Source: Bdellovibrionales bacterium (lineage in GTDB: Bacteria; Bdellovibrionota; Bdellovibrionia; Bdellovibrionales; UBA1609). From it: a stretch of DNA of 64,000 nt. How positions within the stretch are numbered: the first letter of the stretch is position 1; every line of letters starts with the position of its first letter. Both the position numbers and the translations under genes were made by a program. Location: the NCBI GenBank assembly GCA_965226095.1, contig OZ245336.1:143472-207471 (forward strand). Direction: 5' to 3'. The notes under the pieces were generated by a model. It ran no database searches and had not been told where the DNA came from. It saw only the letters and a program-made list of their open reading frames with translations. Below are positions 16,697 to 25,594 of the stretch, one piece after another.

Positions 16697-18349
16697 ATGA
16701 AAAATTTTAAATCTTTTCTATGGTTATTATGTACACTAGGTATCTTTCATTCTTTCGCCCAGGATCTCCCCTCTATTCCAGAAGTTATTCAACAAGCTCA
16801 ACATTCAGTTTATAAAATAACAAAAAAAGACATACCTGGAAATGGAACGGTTTTTTTTATATCCCCCACTCTCTTTGTTACCAATTTTCATGGAGTGGGA
16901 AGCTTGAATTTAGAAGATGAAAAATTCGACGAAATACAATTATATCAACAAGAACAACTTAGTCCTTTAAAAATAAAACAAGTGGTCGCTATATCAGCCT
17001 TATTTGATTTGGCGATATTGGAAACACATACACCAGTTGATTCTTATCTAGCTATCAATGGACAAGCACCTACATCCTATAAAGATTTATTTACTATTGG
17101 ATATCCACACAATACTTTAATCATACAAAAGAAAACAGGAAATCTTTTAAACTGGGAACATAATTATTGTTTTCTAATCAATCAATCTGCTTTTGAAGAT
17201 TCTAACGGCTCCAGCGGCAGTCCTGTGCTCAATCAACAAGGTGAAGTGGCCGGAGTAATTTATTCTGGTATTTTTAATCTGCAGAATTCCATCAATCCAG
17301 ATAAAATAGAACAATTAATAGCTAATGAAATAGGTACAAATTGTACTCATTTTGATAATATAAAAAGTTGTATAGATAACGAACTGAATTTTGTTGAAAA
17401 CGAAATCCAACAGGGTAATGGATTTGCTCAATATCTCGGAGCCATTCAATGGAGTATCTCCCATAAATCCCGACTCCTATATAATATGATACAATCCTTG
17501 AATAACATGACTGTAGAAGAACAAGATCAGTTTCTTACTGAAATGGATAATCAATTTCACACATTAGATGCACAAACTCTTCATTGGAATACACTATCTG
17601 CTCAACAAGGTTATGCCCCCGCCCAATATGCATTGGGCCTCTCTCACTATACCAGAGAACATATGGAGCCAGACCTAGAGCAAGCTTTTTATTGGATCAA
17701 AACAGCCGCAGAACAAGGCTACGCTCCAGCTCAATATATGCTAAATATTTTTTATCATGATGGAGAGGGCTCTCCAAAAAATAGCCAACAGGCTATAAAT
17801 TGGTTGATTCAATCTGCTCATCAAGGTTATATGCCAGCTCAATTAGAATTAGCTGCTACTTATTCTATAGGAGATGACATTGAAGCAAAACCATTAAAAG
17901 CTTTTCAATGGTATAAAAAATCAGCTCAAGAAGGTTCCAAGATAGCTCAATTTATTTTAGCCATAACTTATATGGAGGGAGATGGAGTACAAAAAAACTG
18001 GAATGAAGCCTTTTATTGGATGAAGCAATCTGCAGAACAAAATTACGCTGATGCTCAAAGCGGACTGGCCACTATGTACTATAATGGAGATGGAACTGAG
18101 AAAAATGTTGAGCAAGCATTCTACTGGACTCACAAAGCGGCGGAGCAAGGTGATTTGGAATCCCAATTTAGATTATTCGTCCTTTATCACAATGGAGAGG
18201 GTGTGGCACAAGATATTGAACAAGCTCATCAATGGCTGGAAACAGCGGCTGAGGGAGGTCATAAAGACGCACAAGAAGAATTAAAGGAACACTTTGAATC
18301 CAATTCACCTATCATAGATTGGATTAAAGGATTATTTTCCGATTCATGA
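16697..18349 (+). CDS. Secreted trypsin-like serine protease domain fused to Sel1 (SLR) repeats
   Basis: Signal peptide MKNFKSFLWLLCTLGIFHSFA. The N-terminal half carries GSSGSPVLNQQGEVAGVIY (the S1/S1C-type GxSGxP active-site context) and DLAILE. The C-terminal half has about 8 Sel1 repeats (A.QGYAPAQY.LG..Y..G.G). The ORF track begins at GTG 16679. Confidence 0.75.
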   Translation: MKNFKSFLWLLCTLGIFHSFAQDLPSIPEVIQQAQHSVYKITKKDIPGNGTVFFISPTLFVTNFHGVGSLNLEDEKFDEIQLYQQEQLSPLKIKQVVAISALFDLAILETHTPVDSYLAINGQAPTSYKDLFTIGYPHNTLIIQKKTGNLLNWEHNYCFLINQSAFEDSNGSSGSPVLNQQGEVAGVIYSGIFNLQNSINPDKIEQLIANEIGTNCTHFDNIKSCIDNELNFVENEIQQGNGFAQYLGAIQWSISHKSRLLYNMIQSLNNMTVEEQDQFLTEMDNQFHTLDAQTLHWNTLSAQQGYAPAQYALGLSHYTREHMEPDLEQAFYWIKTAAEQGYAPAQYMLNIFYHDGEGSPKNSQQAINWLIQSAHQGYMPAQLELAATYSIGDDIEAKPLKAFQWYKKSAQEGSKIAQFILAITYMEGDGVQKNWNEAFYWMKQSAEQNYADAQSGLATMYYNGDGTEKNVEQAFYWTHKAAEQGDLESQFRLFVLYHNGEGVAQDIEQAHQWLETAAEGGHKDAQEELKEHFESNSPIIDWIKGLFSDS

Positions 18350-18474
18350 TAACTGAATCTCTTTAAAAGTAGATTAAAAATAAGAGCTTTGCCTTTCTCT
18401 CAAGAATTATGATATGTTTTGTTCACAATATTCAGAATTTACATTTCCAAAAAAATTGGGAACCCATATAAAAA

Positions 18475-19128
18475 ATGAGAAACCAAGATACAGCCAAACA
18501 AAAATACCTTAGACAAATGTTTTCCACAGAAGATTCTCTGTTAAAAGAAATTCAAGAGCAATCTATAACAGCTGGTGTGGATCGTATGCAAATTTCCGCT
18601 TATGAAGGAAGAATCCTACAATTTTTATGCCAGGCTTTAAAAGTGAAAAAAGCTATAGAAATTGGTACTTTGCATGGTTACTCCAGTCTGATGATTGCCA
18701 GAGCCTTGCCGAAGGATGGACAGCTTTTTACCTTGGACATAGACAAAACCAGACAGGAAAAAGCTCAGCACTTAACTGAAAAAGACCCTGCCGGTAAAAA
18801 AATTCAATTCATAAATGGACCAGCTCTTGATAGTCTCAAAACATTAGAAAAAGAAGGCCCCTTTGATATGGTATTTATCGATGCTGATAAACCAGCTTAT
18901 TTGGATTACCTACATTGGAGTAATCAAAATCTGAAGCCAGGAGGTCTTCTAGCAGCAGATAATACCTTTTTATTTGGCGCGATTTATGGAGAACCGGAAA
19001 GAGAACAAACTTCCCAAGAAGCTTTACAGGTTATGCAAAAATTTAATGAAGAAATAGCTCAATCCGGAAAATATATTTCCACACTCATTCCCACTACAGA
19101 GGGTCTAACTGTAGGAATTAAAAAATAA
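18475..19128 (+). CDS. Class I SAM-dependent O-methyltransferase (caffeoyl-CoA OMT-like, Methyltransf_3)
   Basis: 217 aa with AIEIGTLHGYSSLMIARAL, LFTLDID and FDMVFIDADKPAYLDYL motifs. Confidence 0.82.
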   Translation: MRNQDTAKQKYLRQMFSTEDSLLKEIQEQSITAGVDRMQISAYEGRILQFLCQALKVKKAIEIGTLHGYSSLMIARALPKDGQLFTLDIDKTRQEKAQHLTEKDPAGKKIQFINGPALDSLKTLEKEGPFDMVFIDADKPAYLDYLHWSNQNLKPGGLLAADNTFLFGAIYGEPEREQTSQEALQVMQKFNEEIAQSGKYISTLIPTTEGLTVGIKK

Positions 19129-19141
19129 AAGGGCCTTAGAC

Positions 19142-19906
19142 ATGGGAGAAAAGTTTGATAACACCATAACTTTTATGCCTGGTACATATCATACATCCGC
19201 TGAAAAAAAATATGATACTTTAATTGTTTTTGTACATTGTTTTGGTGGTGTGCCCGAACAATTAAAATATCATATTGATTTTCTCAATGCAGCCGGCTTC
19301 GATGCTTATACCTATCCAGCTTTTCTCAATGGACAGGATTATTGGACAGATTTTTTAAAAAAAATTAAACCCCTTAATAACAGTGTCATAAAAATATGGA
19401 CACAGGAATTAACAACTCATCTTGATGAGTTGGGCACTCAACGGCCTAAGGTGATTTTTAGTTTTTCCCTTCCTTCCGCAGCCGCTTTCCTGGCCAGTAG
19501 ACAAAGAAAAGATATTCCTGCCATTATCTGCGATGGTGGACCTTTTACACAGATCTTGCCTATCTCCTGGAGATATTTAACTCACTATCAAAAAATTAAA
19601 AACCCGCTATTAAAAATCTATTTGACTAGCAGGATGGCTCTAGCTTTTCAGGCTTTCTCCATAAAAAAAACACTACATAAAGCTTTATGCCAATTACCCA
19701 AAGATTATCCGGTTTTAAATTTTCGAGCGGTACAGGATCAACAAGTGCCCAGTTGGTTTATTCATAACACTTTAAAACCTGCCCAACATATTAACCTGCA
19801 AATATGTCATTTAAAGAGCGCTGATCATCTAGAAGGACTGAAAAAAGAACCGGAACTTTATATAAAAACCACTTTAGAATTTCTAAAACAAGTTTCCAAT
19901 ACTTAA
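19142..19906 (+). CDS. Hypothetical protein, possibly alpha/beta-hydrolase fold
   Basis: 254 aa. LIVFVHCFGG resembles the oxyanion strand of alpha/beta hydrolases. There is no clean GxSxG motif. A 13-nt gap separates it from the methyltransferase gene. Confidence 0.45.
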   Translation: MGEKFDNTITFMPGTYHTSAEKKYDTLIVFVHCFGGVPEQLKYHIDFLNAAGFDAYTYPAFLNGQDYWTDFLKKIKPLNNSVIKIWTQELTTHLDELGTQRPKVIFSFSLPSAAAFLASRQRKDIPAIICDGGPFTQILPISWRYLTHYQKIKNPLLKIYLTSRMALAFQAFSIKKTLHKALCQLPKDYPVLNFRAVQDQQVPSWFIHNTLKPAQHINLQICHLKSADHLEGLKKEPELYIKTTLEFLKQVSNT

Positions 19907-21747
19907 TAGATAGAGGTGATGGGCATTTCAATCTCATTGGAAATAAATTCTCTTAATTCATAAGAGTGATCCGGATCTCTCCCAATACCAAAATAGATGG
20001 CCTTGGGAGATATGGATTTTTTCAAAGTTTGTAAACCTTCCTGTAGATTTTCCGGCAGGATTTTCACTGTCAGGATAATATCCTTATTACTATGAATGGG
20101 TGCAATTTGTTGAGAAACAACTCTTTGTACCAGTTCATAGAAAAAATCACTGGAAGCACTTTCTTCATCCTCTGCATAAAATAAAATCAATTCAAAAGGA
20201 CCTTGATGTTTTTCAACAATAAAATTCAATGTCTTGGAAATTAGTCTTCTCACCCGATGCTCCCCTATACATAAAATATATTTTGGTAAATCTTCCGGAA
20301 GATCATTCACTTTTTCAATAAATTGTCCCAAACCAAGGCGTAAATCTGTATGCGTCTGTAACCTGGTCTCCAACACCCCCCATCGATAAAAAGCCATCAA
20401 TATCAACGTACAACCAATGAGAAAAGTTAACATAAACAATACAGCGGAATTGGCATGCAATAATAAAAAGAAAATGGCAAAGCTTAAAATCAACAGAGTT
20501 AACAAAGGAGGAATTGGAATTTTTTTTGATTTAAAAACCAAGGGAGAAGTAGATAAATAGCTTATAGGTGTCGATTTACGAAAACCTTTATTTCTCATTA
20601 AAATAGTACCCAAAGCAAAACTGACCATTACACCTAGGAAAGCGATCTCATATACCTTAGCGGCGATTTCCACTTCACCTGCAACCACTGCAGACATAAA
20701 CATAATGATCACCATCAAACTTAAAGAAGTAAAAGGATAACCTTCCAGTTTCGGAAAGATATGAGATATACGTTTTAAACAGATTTGAGGCAGATTACCA
20801 TGCTTGGCCATTGTTGTGGCTAAGCCGATAAAACCAATAAAAGCTGTATTCGTTGCGGCAAATAAAGTTAAAGTGGCATCTATAACAATTACTGTGAGCA
20901 GTCCACGTCCACCAATTTTTTCAGATAGGCCGGAGAGCAAATAATTCAAATTTCCCTGCACCTCTTCCGGCGTAAGAATGGTCAAACATAATATAGAGAT
21001 TATTGGTGCCGTAATGGATACCATAATAATGACCGCTTTATAAAGTTTACGAACTGTGGATAAAGTGGGGTGTTCTAAAGTTTCTACAATCTGAGCAGCT
21101 GATTCAAAACCTGTAATCCCAAGAAAAGCGGCGGAAAAACCATAAGCCAGTGTCATTAAACTTAATTCACGGGGAAAGTGTGAAAAGTTTCCAAACTTGG
21201 AAAAACTAATCTCTGACCAATGAAAACCAATATAAAAAAGTCCCCAAAGGGAAATAATTATTAATAAACCAAAATGAAAGATAGCAATCCCGGTCACCAG
21301 CTTGGCAGGCTCTTTTATTCCTTTAATATTTAACAAACCAAAAAACACTACCGGCACAAAGGAAATTAGCACCACAGTCCCTTGTGACAAACCTTCCGAA
21401 AACAAAGAAGAAAAATAAAAACTACCGGCTAAAGAACTAACAGAGGCAGTCGCCAGGTAAGACACAAAAGTTAAAGCACCAGCAAACACAGCCCCTCTTT
21501 TGTCAATAGTCCTCAATATCATAGAATAGGCACCACCATTATAAGGACTCATAGCCAAACCCTCTTCATAAGTGCGCTTAAAAAGCCACATGGCCAGACA
21601 GGCTAATAAGACAAACACCGGCGCCAAATAACCTACGATAGGAAATAAAATGCCCGTGCCATAAAAAACAGAGGTGCCAATATCCGCTCCCACTACACCA
21701 GCAGCAATAAGCCAATTCAGCTCCGATTTATGTTTATCTGTTCCCAT
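19903..21747 (-). CDS. APC-superfamily amino acid/polyamine permease with C-terminal cytoplasmic domain
   Basis: 614 aa. About 12 TM segments are followed by a soluble tail of roughly 160 aa. N-terminal pattern GVVGADIGTSVFYG. Confidence 0.7.
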   Translation of the reverse strand: MGTDKHKSELNWLIAAGVVGADIGTSVFYGTGILFPIVGYLAPVFVLLACLAMWLFKRTYEEGLAMSPYNGGAYSMILRTIDKRGAVFAGALTFVSYLATASVSSLAGSFYFSSLFSEGLSQGTVVLISFVPVVFFGLLNIKGIKEPAKLVTGIAIFHFGLLIIISLWGLFYIGFHWSEISFSKFGNFSHFPRELSLMTLAYGFSAAFLGITGFESAAQIVETLEHPTLSTVRKLYKAVIIMVSITAPIISILCLTILTPEEVQGNLNYLLSGLSEKIGGRGLLTVIVIDATLTLFAATNTAFIGFIGLATTMAKHGNLPQICLKRISHIFPKLEGYPFTSLSLMVIIMFMSAVVAGEVEIAAKVYEIAFLGVMVSFALGTILMRNKGFRKSTPISYLSTSPLVFKSKKIPIPPLLTLLILSFAIFFLLLHANSAVLFMLTFLIGCTLILMAFYRWGVLETRLQTHTDLRLGLGQFIEKVNDLPEDLPKYILCIGEHRVRRLISKTLNFIVEKHQGPFELILFYAEDEESASSDFFYELVQRVVSQQIAPIHSNKDIILTVKILPENLQEGLQTLKKSISPKAIYFGIGRDPDHSYELREFISNEIEMPITSIY

Positions 21748-21759
21748 TTTTCAAAATCC

Positions 21760-22239
21760 TTATTCAGCCATTTTTATTATGTGCATATATTCTGTTTTTG
21801 TCACAGGCATAACTGACAATCTTTGACCTTTTTTCAGCAATAACATATTGCTTAATTTTTTTTCTTCCCTCAAATCTTTTAAAGAGAGAATTTTTTTAAA
21901 AATTCTCTTAAACTTCACTTCCACACAAAACCAACGCGGCTTGTTTTTATCAGACTGAGAATCATAATATTTAGAACGAAGGTTAAAGGCGGTGGGATCC
22001 GGTTGTGCAGTCTTGGATACCTGCGCCAGACCAACGACACCAGAGGGAGTAGCATTGGAGTGATAAAATAAAACTTCATCCCCTACTCGCATATCATCTC
22101 TCATAAAATTTCTGGCCTGATAGTTCCTCACACCATCCCACAAATCTTTTCCGGATTTTTTTAAGTCAAAAATAGAATAGACACTAGGTTCTGATTTCAT
22201 AAGCCAATATTTTTTAACTCCCACTAAAAACCCTTCCAT
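21760..22239 (-). CDS. EVE (PUA-like) domain protein
   Basis: KKYWLMKSEPSVYSI.DL......WDGVRNYQARNFMRD.M..GD.VLFYHSN is the canonical EVE N-terminus. The preferred start is MEGF at 22239. The ORF extends to 22284. Confidence 0.8.
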   Translation of the reverse strand: MEGFLVGVKKYWLMKSEPSVYSIFDLKKSGKDLWDGVRNYQARNFMRDDMRVGDEVLFYHSNATPSGVVGLAQVSKTAQPDPTAFNLRSKYYDSQSDKNKPRWFCVEVKFKRIFKKILSLKDLREEKKLSNMLLLKKGQRLSVMPVTKTEYMHIIKMAE

Positions 22240-22403
22240 ATTATAAAATATGGTGCAATTTAAGAAATTGGTGAGTGAAGTCAAGTTTTAAGTAAAAATT
22301 TAAAATCTTGAGTTTTAAACAAGTAAATAGTACATACTTATTTAATGCCGCTTGGATAAACCAGTGGGAAAATTAATAATTTAAACAAGGTCGTCTGTGC
22401 AAT

Positions 22404-23798
22404 ATGTCTTTTCGGGAAGAATCAGATAGTATCGGTACAATAAAGGTTCCAAAAGATCGCCTGTGGGGAGCGCAAACACAACGTTCTTTGCAAAACTTTA
22501 AAATCGGCGGAATGTCCGAACGTATGCCCATAGAACTTATTCATGCACTAGCCTTGGTAAAAAAGAGTGCCGCCCGGGCCAATACGCAACTTAACTTATT
22601 GGATTCATCCAAAGCCAAAGCCATTATCCAAGCGGCTGATGAAGTATTAAAGGGTCAATGGGATGATCATTTTCCATTGGTGGTGTGGCAAACTGGCAGT
22701 GGCACCCAAAGTAATATGAATGTCAATGAAGTTCTGGCCAATCGAGCCATCCAGATTCAAGGGGGTGAACCAGGAGATAAAAGTATACATCCCAATGATG
22801 ATGTTAATAAAGGTCAATCCTCTAATGATGTCTTTCCCACAGCTATGCATATCTCCGCTGTACAAATGCTTCATGCTCACCTTCTAACAGCTTTAAAAGC
22901 CCTCATAGAAAGTTTAGATAAAAAAACCAATGAATTTTCCAAGATCATTAAAATAGGCAGAACCCATTTAATGGATGCAACTCCTTTAACCTTGGGCCAG
23001 GAGTTTTCCGGCTACACCAGCCAAATGAAAGTTCATCTGAAACGACTGGAAAACTGTCTGACAAGACTCTATCCACTGACTCTGGGTGGTACAGCTGTCG
23101 GCACTGGCTTAAATACTCACCCGGATTTCGCAAAAATAGCCATCTCTTTTATTGCCAAAGAAACCTCTTATCCCTTTGTGCCAAGTTATAATTCTTTTGC
23201 CACAAGTTCTGCACATGATGATCTGGTGGAGCTAAGCAGTCTGTTAAAAACCCTGGCCTGTGGTCTTATGAAACTGGGAAATGATATTCGTTTAATGGCC
23301 AGTGGCCCAAGAGCTGGATTAAATGAAATTTTTATTCCGGCTAATGAACCGGGAAGTTCTATTATGCCAGGGAAAGTCAATCCCACACAAAGTGAAGCAC
23401 TCACAATGGTATGCGCTGAAGTCATTGGCTGTGATATGGCAGTGTCCGTAGGAGGAAGCCAGGGACATTTTGAATTAAATGTTTTCAAACCACTCATTAT
23501 CTTTAATATATTGAGAGAACTTCGTCTCTTATCCGATGCCTGCAACAGTTTCAATAAAAACTGTATACAGGGCCTTAAAGCCAATAAAGAGCAACTCAAA
23601 CAAAATGTAGATCGCTCTCTTATGCTGATCACCGCTTTAGCTCCCCATATTGGCTATGACAAAGCCGCTGCTATTGCCAAAGCCGCCTCTCAAAACAAAA
23701 GCACTCTTAGAGAAGAAGCCATCCGTTCGTCTTATATTTCTCCAGAAGAATTTGATAATCTTATTCAAGCTGAAAAAATGACCAAACAAAATAAATAA
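22404..23798 (+). CDS. fumC: Class II fumarate hydratase
   Basis: 464 aa with the GSSIMPGKVNP signature and the TGSGTQSNMN and HPNDDVN motifs. Confidence 0.95.
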   Translation: MSFREESDSIGTIKVPKDRLWGAQTQRSLQNFKIGGMSERMPIELIHALALVKKSAARANTQLNLLDSSKAKAIIQAADEVLKGQWDDHFPLVVWQTGSGTQSNMNVNEVLANRAIQIQGGEPGDKSIHPNDDVNKGQSSNDVFPTAMHISAVQMLHAHLLTALKALIESLDKKTNEFSKIIKIGRTHLMDATPLTLGQEFSGYTSQMKVHLKRLENCLTRLYPLTLGGTAVGTGLNTHPDFAKIAISFIAKETSYPFVPSYNSFATSSAHDDLVELSSLLKTLACGLMKLGNDIRLMASGPRAGLNEIFIPANEPGSSIMPGKVNPTQSEALTMVCAEVIGCDMAVSVGGSQGHFELNVFKPLIIFNILRELRLLSDACNSFNKNCIQGLKANKEQLKQNVDRSLMLITALAPHIGYDKAAAIAKAASQNKSTLREEAIRSSYISPEEFDNLIQAEKMTKQNK

Positions 23799-23806
23799 GA
23801 GGATCT

Positions 23807-24121
23807 ATGAATATAGAAGAAAGTATTAAGCAAAAGTTAAAGTCTGCTTTTAATATTGAGCTTTTGGAAGTCATTAATGAAAGCCCTATGCACCAGGTTC
23901 CTGAAAATTCTGAAACACATTTTCGGATCTTAATTGTTTCCAATGATTTTAAAGGGTTAAGCACTGTAAAGCGTCATCAAAGAGTGTATCAAGTTCTTTC
24001 AAAAGAATTAGCTGGACCTATTCATGCTTTCTCTCAAAAGACCCTGACCCCTCAAGAATGGAAAACACTTGGCTCTCATCTCTCTGACTCCCCTCCTTGT
24101 CAGCATAAGTTTGATGCTTAA
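23807..24121 (+). CDS. BolA-family protein
   Basis: 104 aa. The pattern ETHFRILIVSNDFKGLSTVKRHQRVYQVL...IHAFSQKTLTPQEW is typical of BolA. Confidence 0.82.
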   Translation: MNIEESIKQKLKSAFNIELLEVINESPMHQVPENSETHFRILIVSNDFKGLSTVKRHQRVYQVLSKELAGPIHAFSQKTLTPQEWKTLGSHLSDSPPCQHKFDA

Positions 24122-24240
24122 GGCAAGATCACAACTTCATAAAATTTTTATTTGCTTCACCAGGATTTTATGTCTATTATCTATTTTGTTATTATCAATA
24201 AATGGACTGTTAAAAAACAGTGATAGAGTGGAGGTCTACT

Positions 24241-24714
24241 ATGGCAGCAAAGAAAAAAACTAAGAAAACAGTAGCTAAAAAGAAAACAGTAGCTAAAAAG
24301 AAAACAGTAGCTAAAAAGAGAAAGCCAGCTAAAAAGAAAACAGTAGCTAAAAAGAGAAAGCCAGCTAAGAAGAAAACAGTAGCTAAAAAGAGAAAGCCAG
24401 CTAAAAAGAAAACAGTAGCTAAAAAGAAAAAGCCAGCTAAGAAGAAAAAAACCAAGAAAAAAAGAAAGTTAAATCCAGCTTTGATGAGAACTTTAGATGC
24501 CACTGACAAATTGGCCGCTGTTGTGGGACACAAAAAGATCACAAGACAAAAAGCCATCAAGTACTTTTGGGATTATGTAAAGAAACGCGATCTTCAGGAT
24601 TCCAAAGACAGAAGAAACATCAATCTGGATGACACGTTAAAAGTTCTTTTTGGCAATAAAAAACAAGTCAGTATGTTTGATGCAACCAAGGTGATTAGTA
24701 AGAACTTATCGTAG
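24241..24714 (+). CDS. Lysine-rich (histone H1-like) tandem repeat fused to a SWIB/MDM2 domain
   Basis: The ATG at 24241 follows a GGAGG RBS (the ORF track starts at GTG 24220). The N-terminus has KKTVAK x3 followed by KKTVAKKRKPAK x4. The C-terminus LDATDKLAAVVGHKKITRQKAIKYFWDYVKKRDLQDSKDRRNINLDDTLKVLFG matches the SWIB consensus. Confidence 0.85.
   Translation: MAAKKKTKKTVAKKKTVAKKKTVAKKRKPAKKKTVAKKRKPAKKKTVAKKRKPAKKKTVAKKKKPAKKKKTKKKRKLNPALMRTLDATDKLAAVVGHKKITRQKAIKYFWDYVKKRDLQDSKDRRNINLDDTLKVLFGNKKQVSMFDATKVISKNLS
24262..24445 (+). repeat. Coding tandem repeat (18-bp then 36-bp units) encoding KKTVAK / KKTVAKKRKPAK
   Basis: The units AAGAAAACAGTAGCTAAA and AAGAAAACAGTAGCTAAAAAGAGAAAGCCAGCTAAA can be read directly as repeats in the sequence. 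Confidence 0.9.
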
Positions 24715-24741
24715 ATAGATATGTAAATAAAGGAAATTTAA

Positions 24742-24775
24742 GAAGCCTGCCTTTTATAAAGGCAGGCTTTTTTAT
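24742..24775 (+). terminator. Rho-independent terminator after the SWIB gene
   Basis: GAAGCCTGCC (24742-24751) pairs with GGCAGGCTT (24761-24769) around a 9-nt loop. A TTTTTT run follows. Confidence 0.8.
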
Positions 24776-24786
24776 TATATACAAAT

Positions 24787-25566
24787 ATGAATCCTTTAAC
24801 AAAAAACGAAATCCTTCTTATGAGAGAAGCAGGAAGATTAGCCGCTCAAGTGTTGGCTGAAGTGGGAAATCAAGTAAGGCCTGGTATTCAAACAAATGAA
24901 CTGGATCGCATAGCTTATGATCTGACTTTATCTCTTGGCGCCACACCAGCACCTTTAAATTATCAAGGTTACCCTAAATCCATATGTACTTCTGTCAATC
25001 ATTGTATTTGTCACGGAGTTCCTGATTCTCATACTTTACAAAAAGGAGATATTATCAATATAGATGTAACTTGTATCAAAGAAGGTTTCCATGGAGATAC
25101 CTCTCGCACTTTCTATGTGGGAGAAGTCTCAGCTAAAGCAAAAACCATTACTGAATGTGCTTATGAAGCCATGATGAAAGGGATAGAGCAGGTTAAAGCC
25201 GGTAACACAACGGGAGATATTGGTTTTGCCATAAATAAACACACAACCAGAAAGGGATTTTATCCAGTTTTGGAAATTGGAGGACACGGCATTGGGAGAA
25301 TATTTCATGCAGATCCTTTTATACCTTCTTTTGGTAAAAAAGGAAAAGGGCACCCCTTACTTTCTAACACTTGTATCACGGTAGAGCCTATGATTAACGA
25401 AACTTCAGCCCCTATAAAAGAATTCCCTATCCCAAATTCGCAAATAAAATACTATGAAACTTCTGATAAGACTTTATCTGCTCAGTTTGAACACACAGTT
25501 CTTATTACTGAAACAGGTTGTGAAATACTCACTTTACCAGCTGAAGATTTTGAAATAGGCTACTGA
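24787..25566 (+). CDS. map: Type I methionine aminopeptidase
   Basis: 259 aa. Metal-binding motifs are present: GDIINIDVT, FHGDTSRTF, GHGIG, EPMI and FEHTVLIT. Confidence 0.95.
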   Translation: MNPLTKNEILLMREAGRLAAQVLAEVGNQVRPGIQTNELDRIAYDLTLSLGATPAPLNYQGYPKSICTSVNHCICHGVPDSHTLQKGDIINIDVTCIKEGFHGDTSRTFYVGEVSAKAKTITECAYEAMMKGIEQVKAGNTTGDIGFAINKHTTRKGFYPVLEIGGHGIGRIFHADPFIPSFGKKGKGHPLLSNTCITVEPMINETSAPIKEFPIPNSQIKYYETSDKTLSAQFEHTVLITETGCEILTLPAEDFEIGY

Positions 25567-25594
25567 AAATACCCTCTACAAGAACACATCATAA

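Noticed and set aside
24210-24560. 116-aa minus-strand ORF (FFLAGFLFLATV repeats) antisense to the SWIB gene.
   Set aside because: It is a mirror-image artefact of the lysine-codon (AAG/AAA) tandem repeat. The plus-strand frame has an RBS, a recognisable SWIB domain and a terminator.
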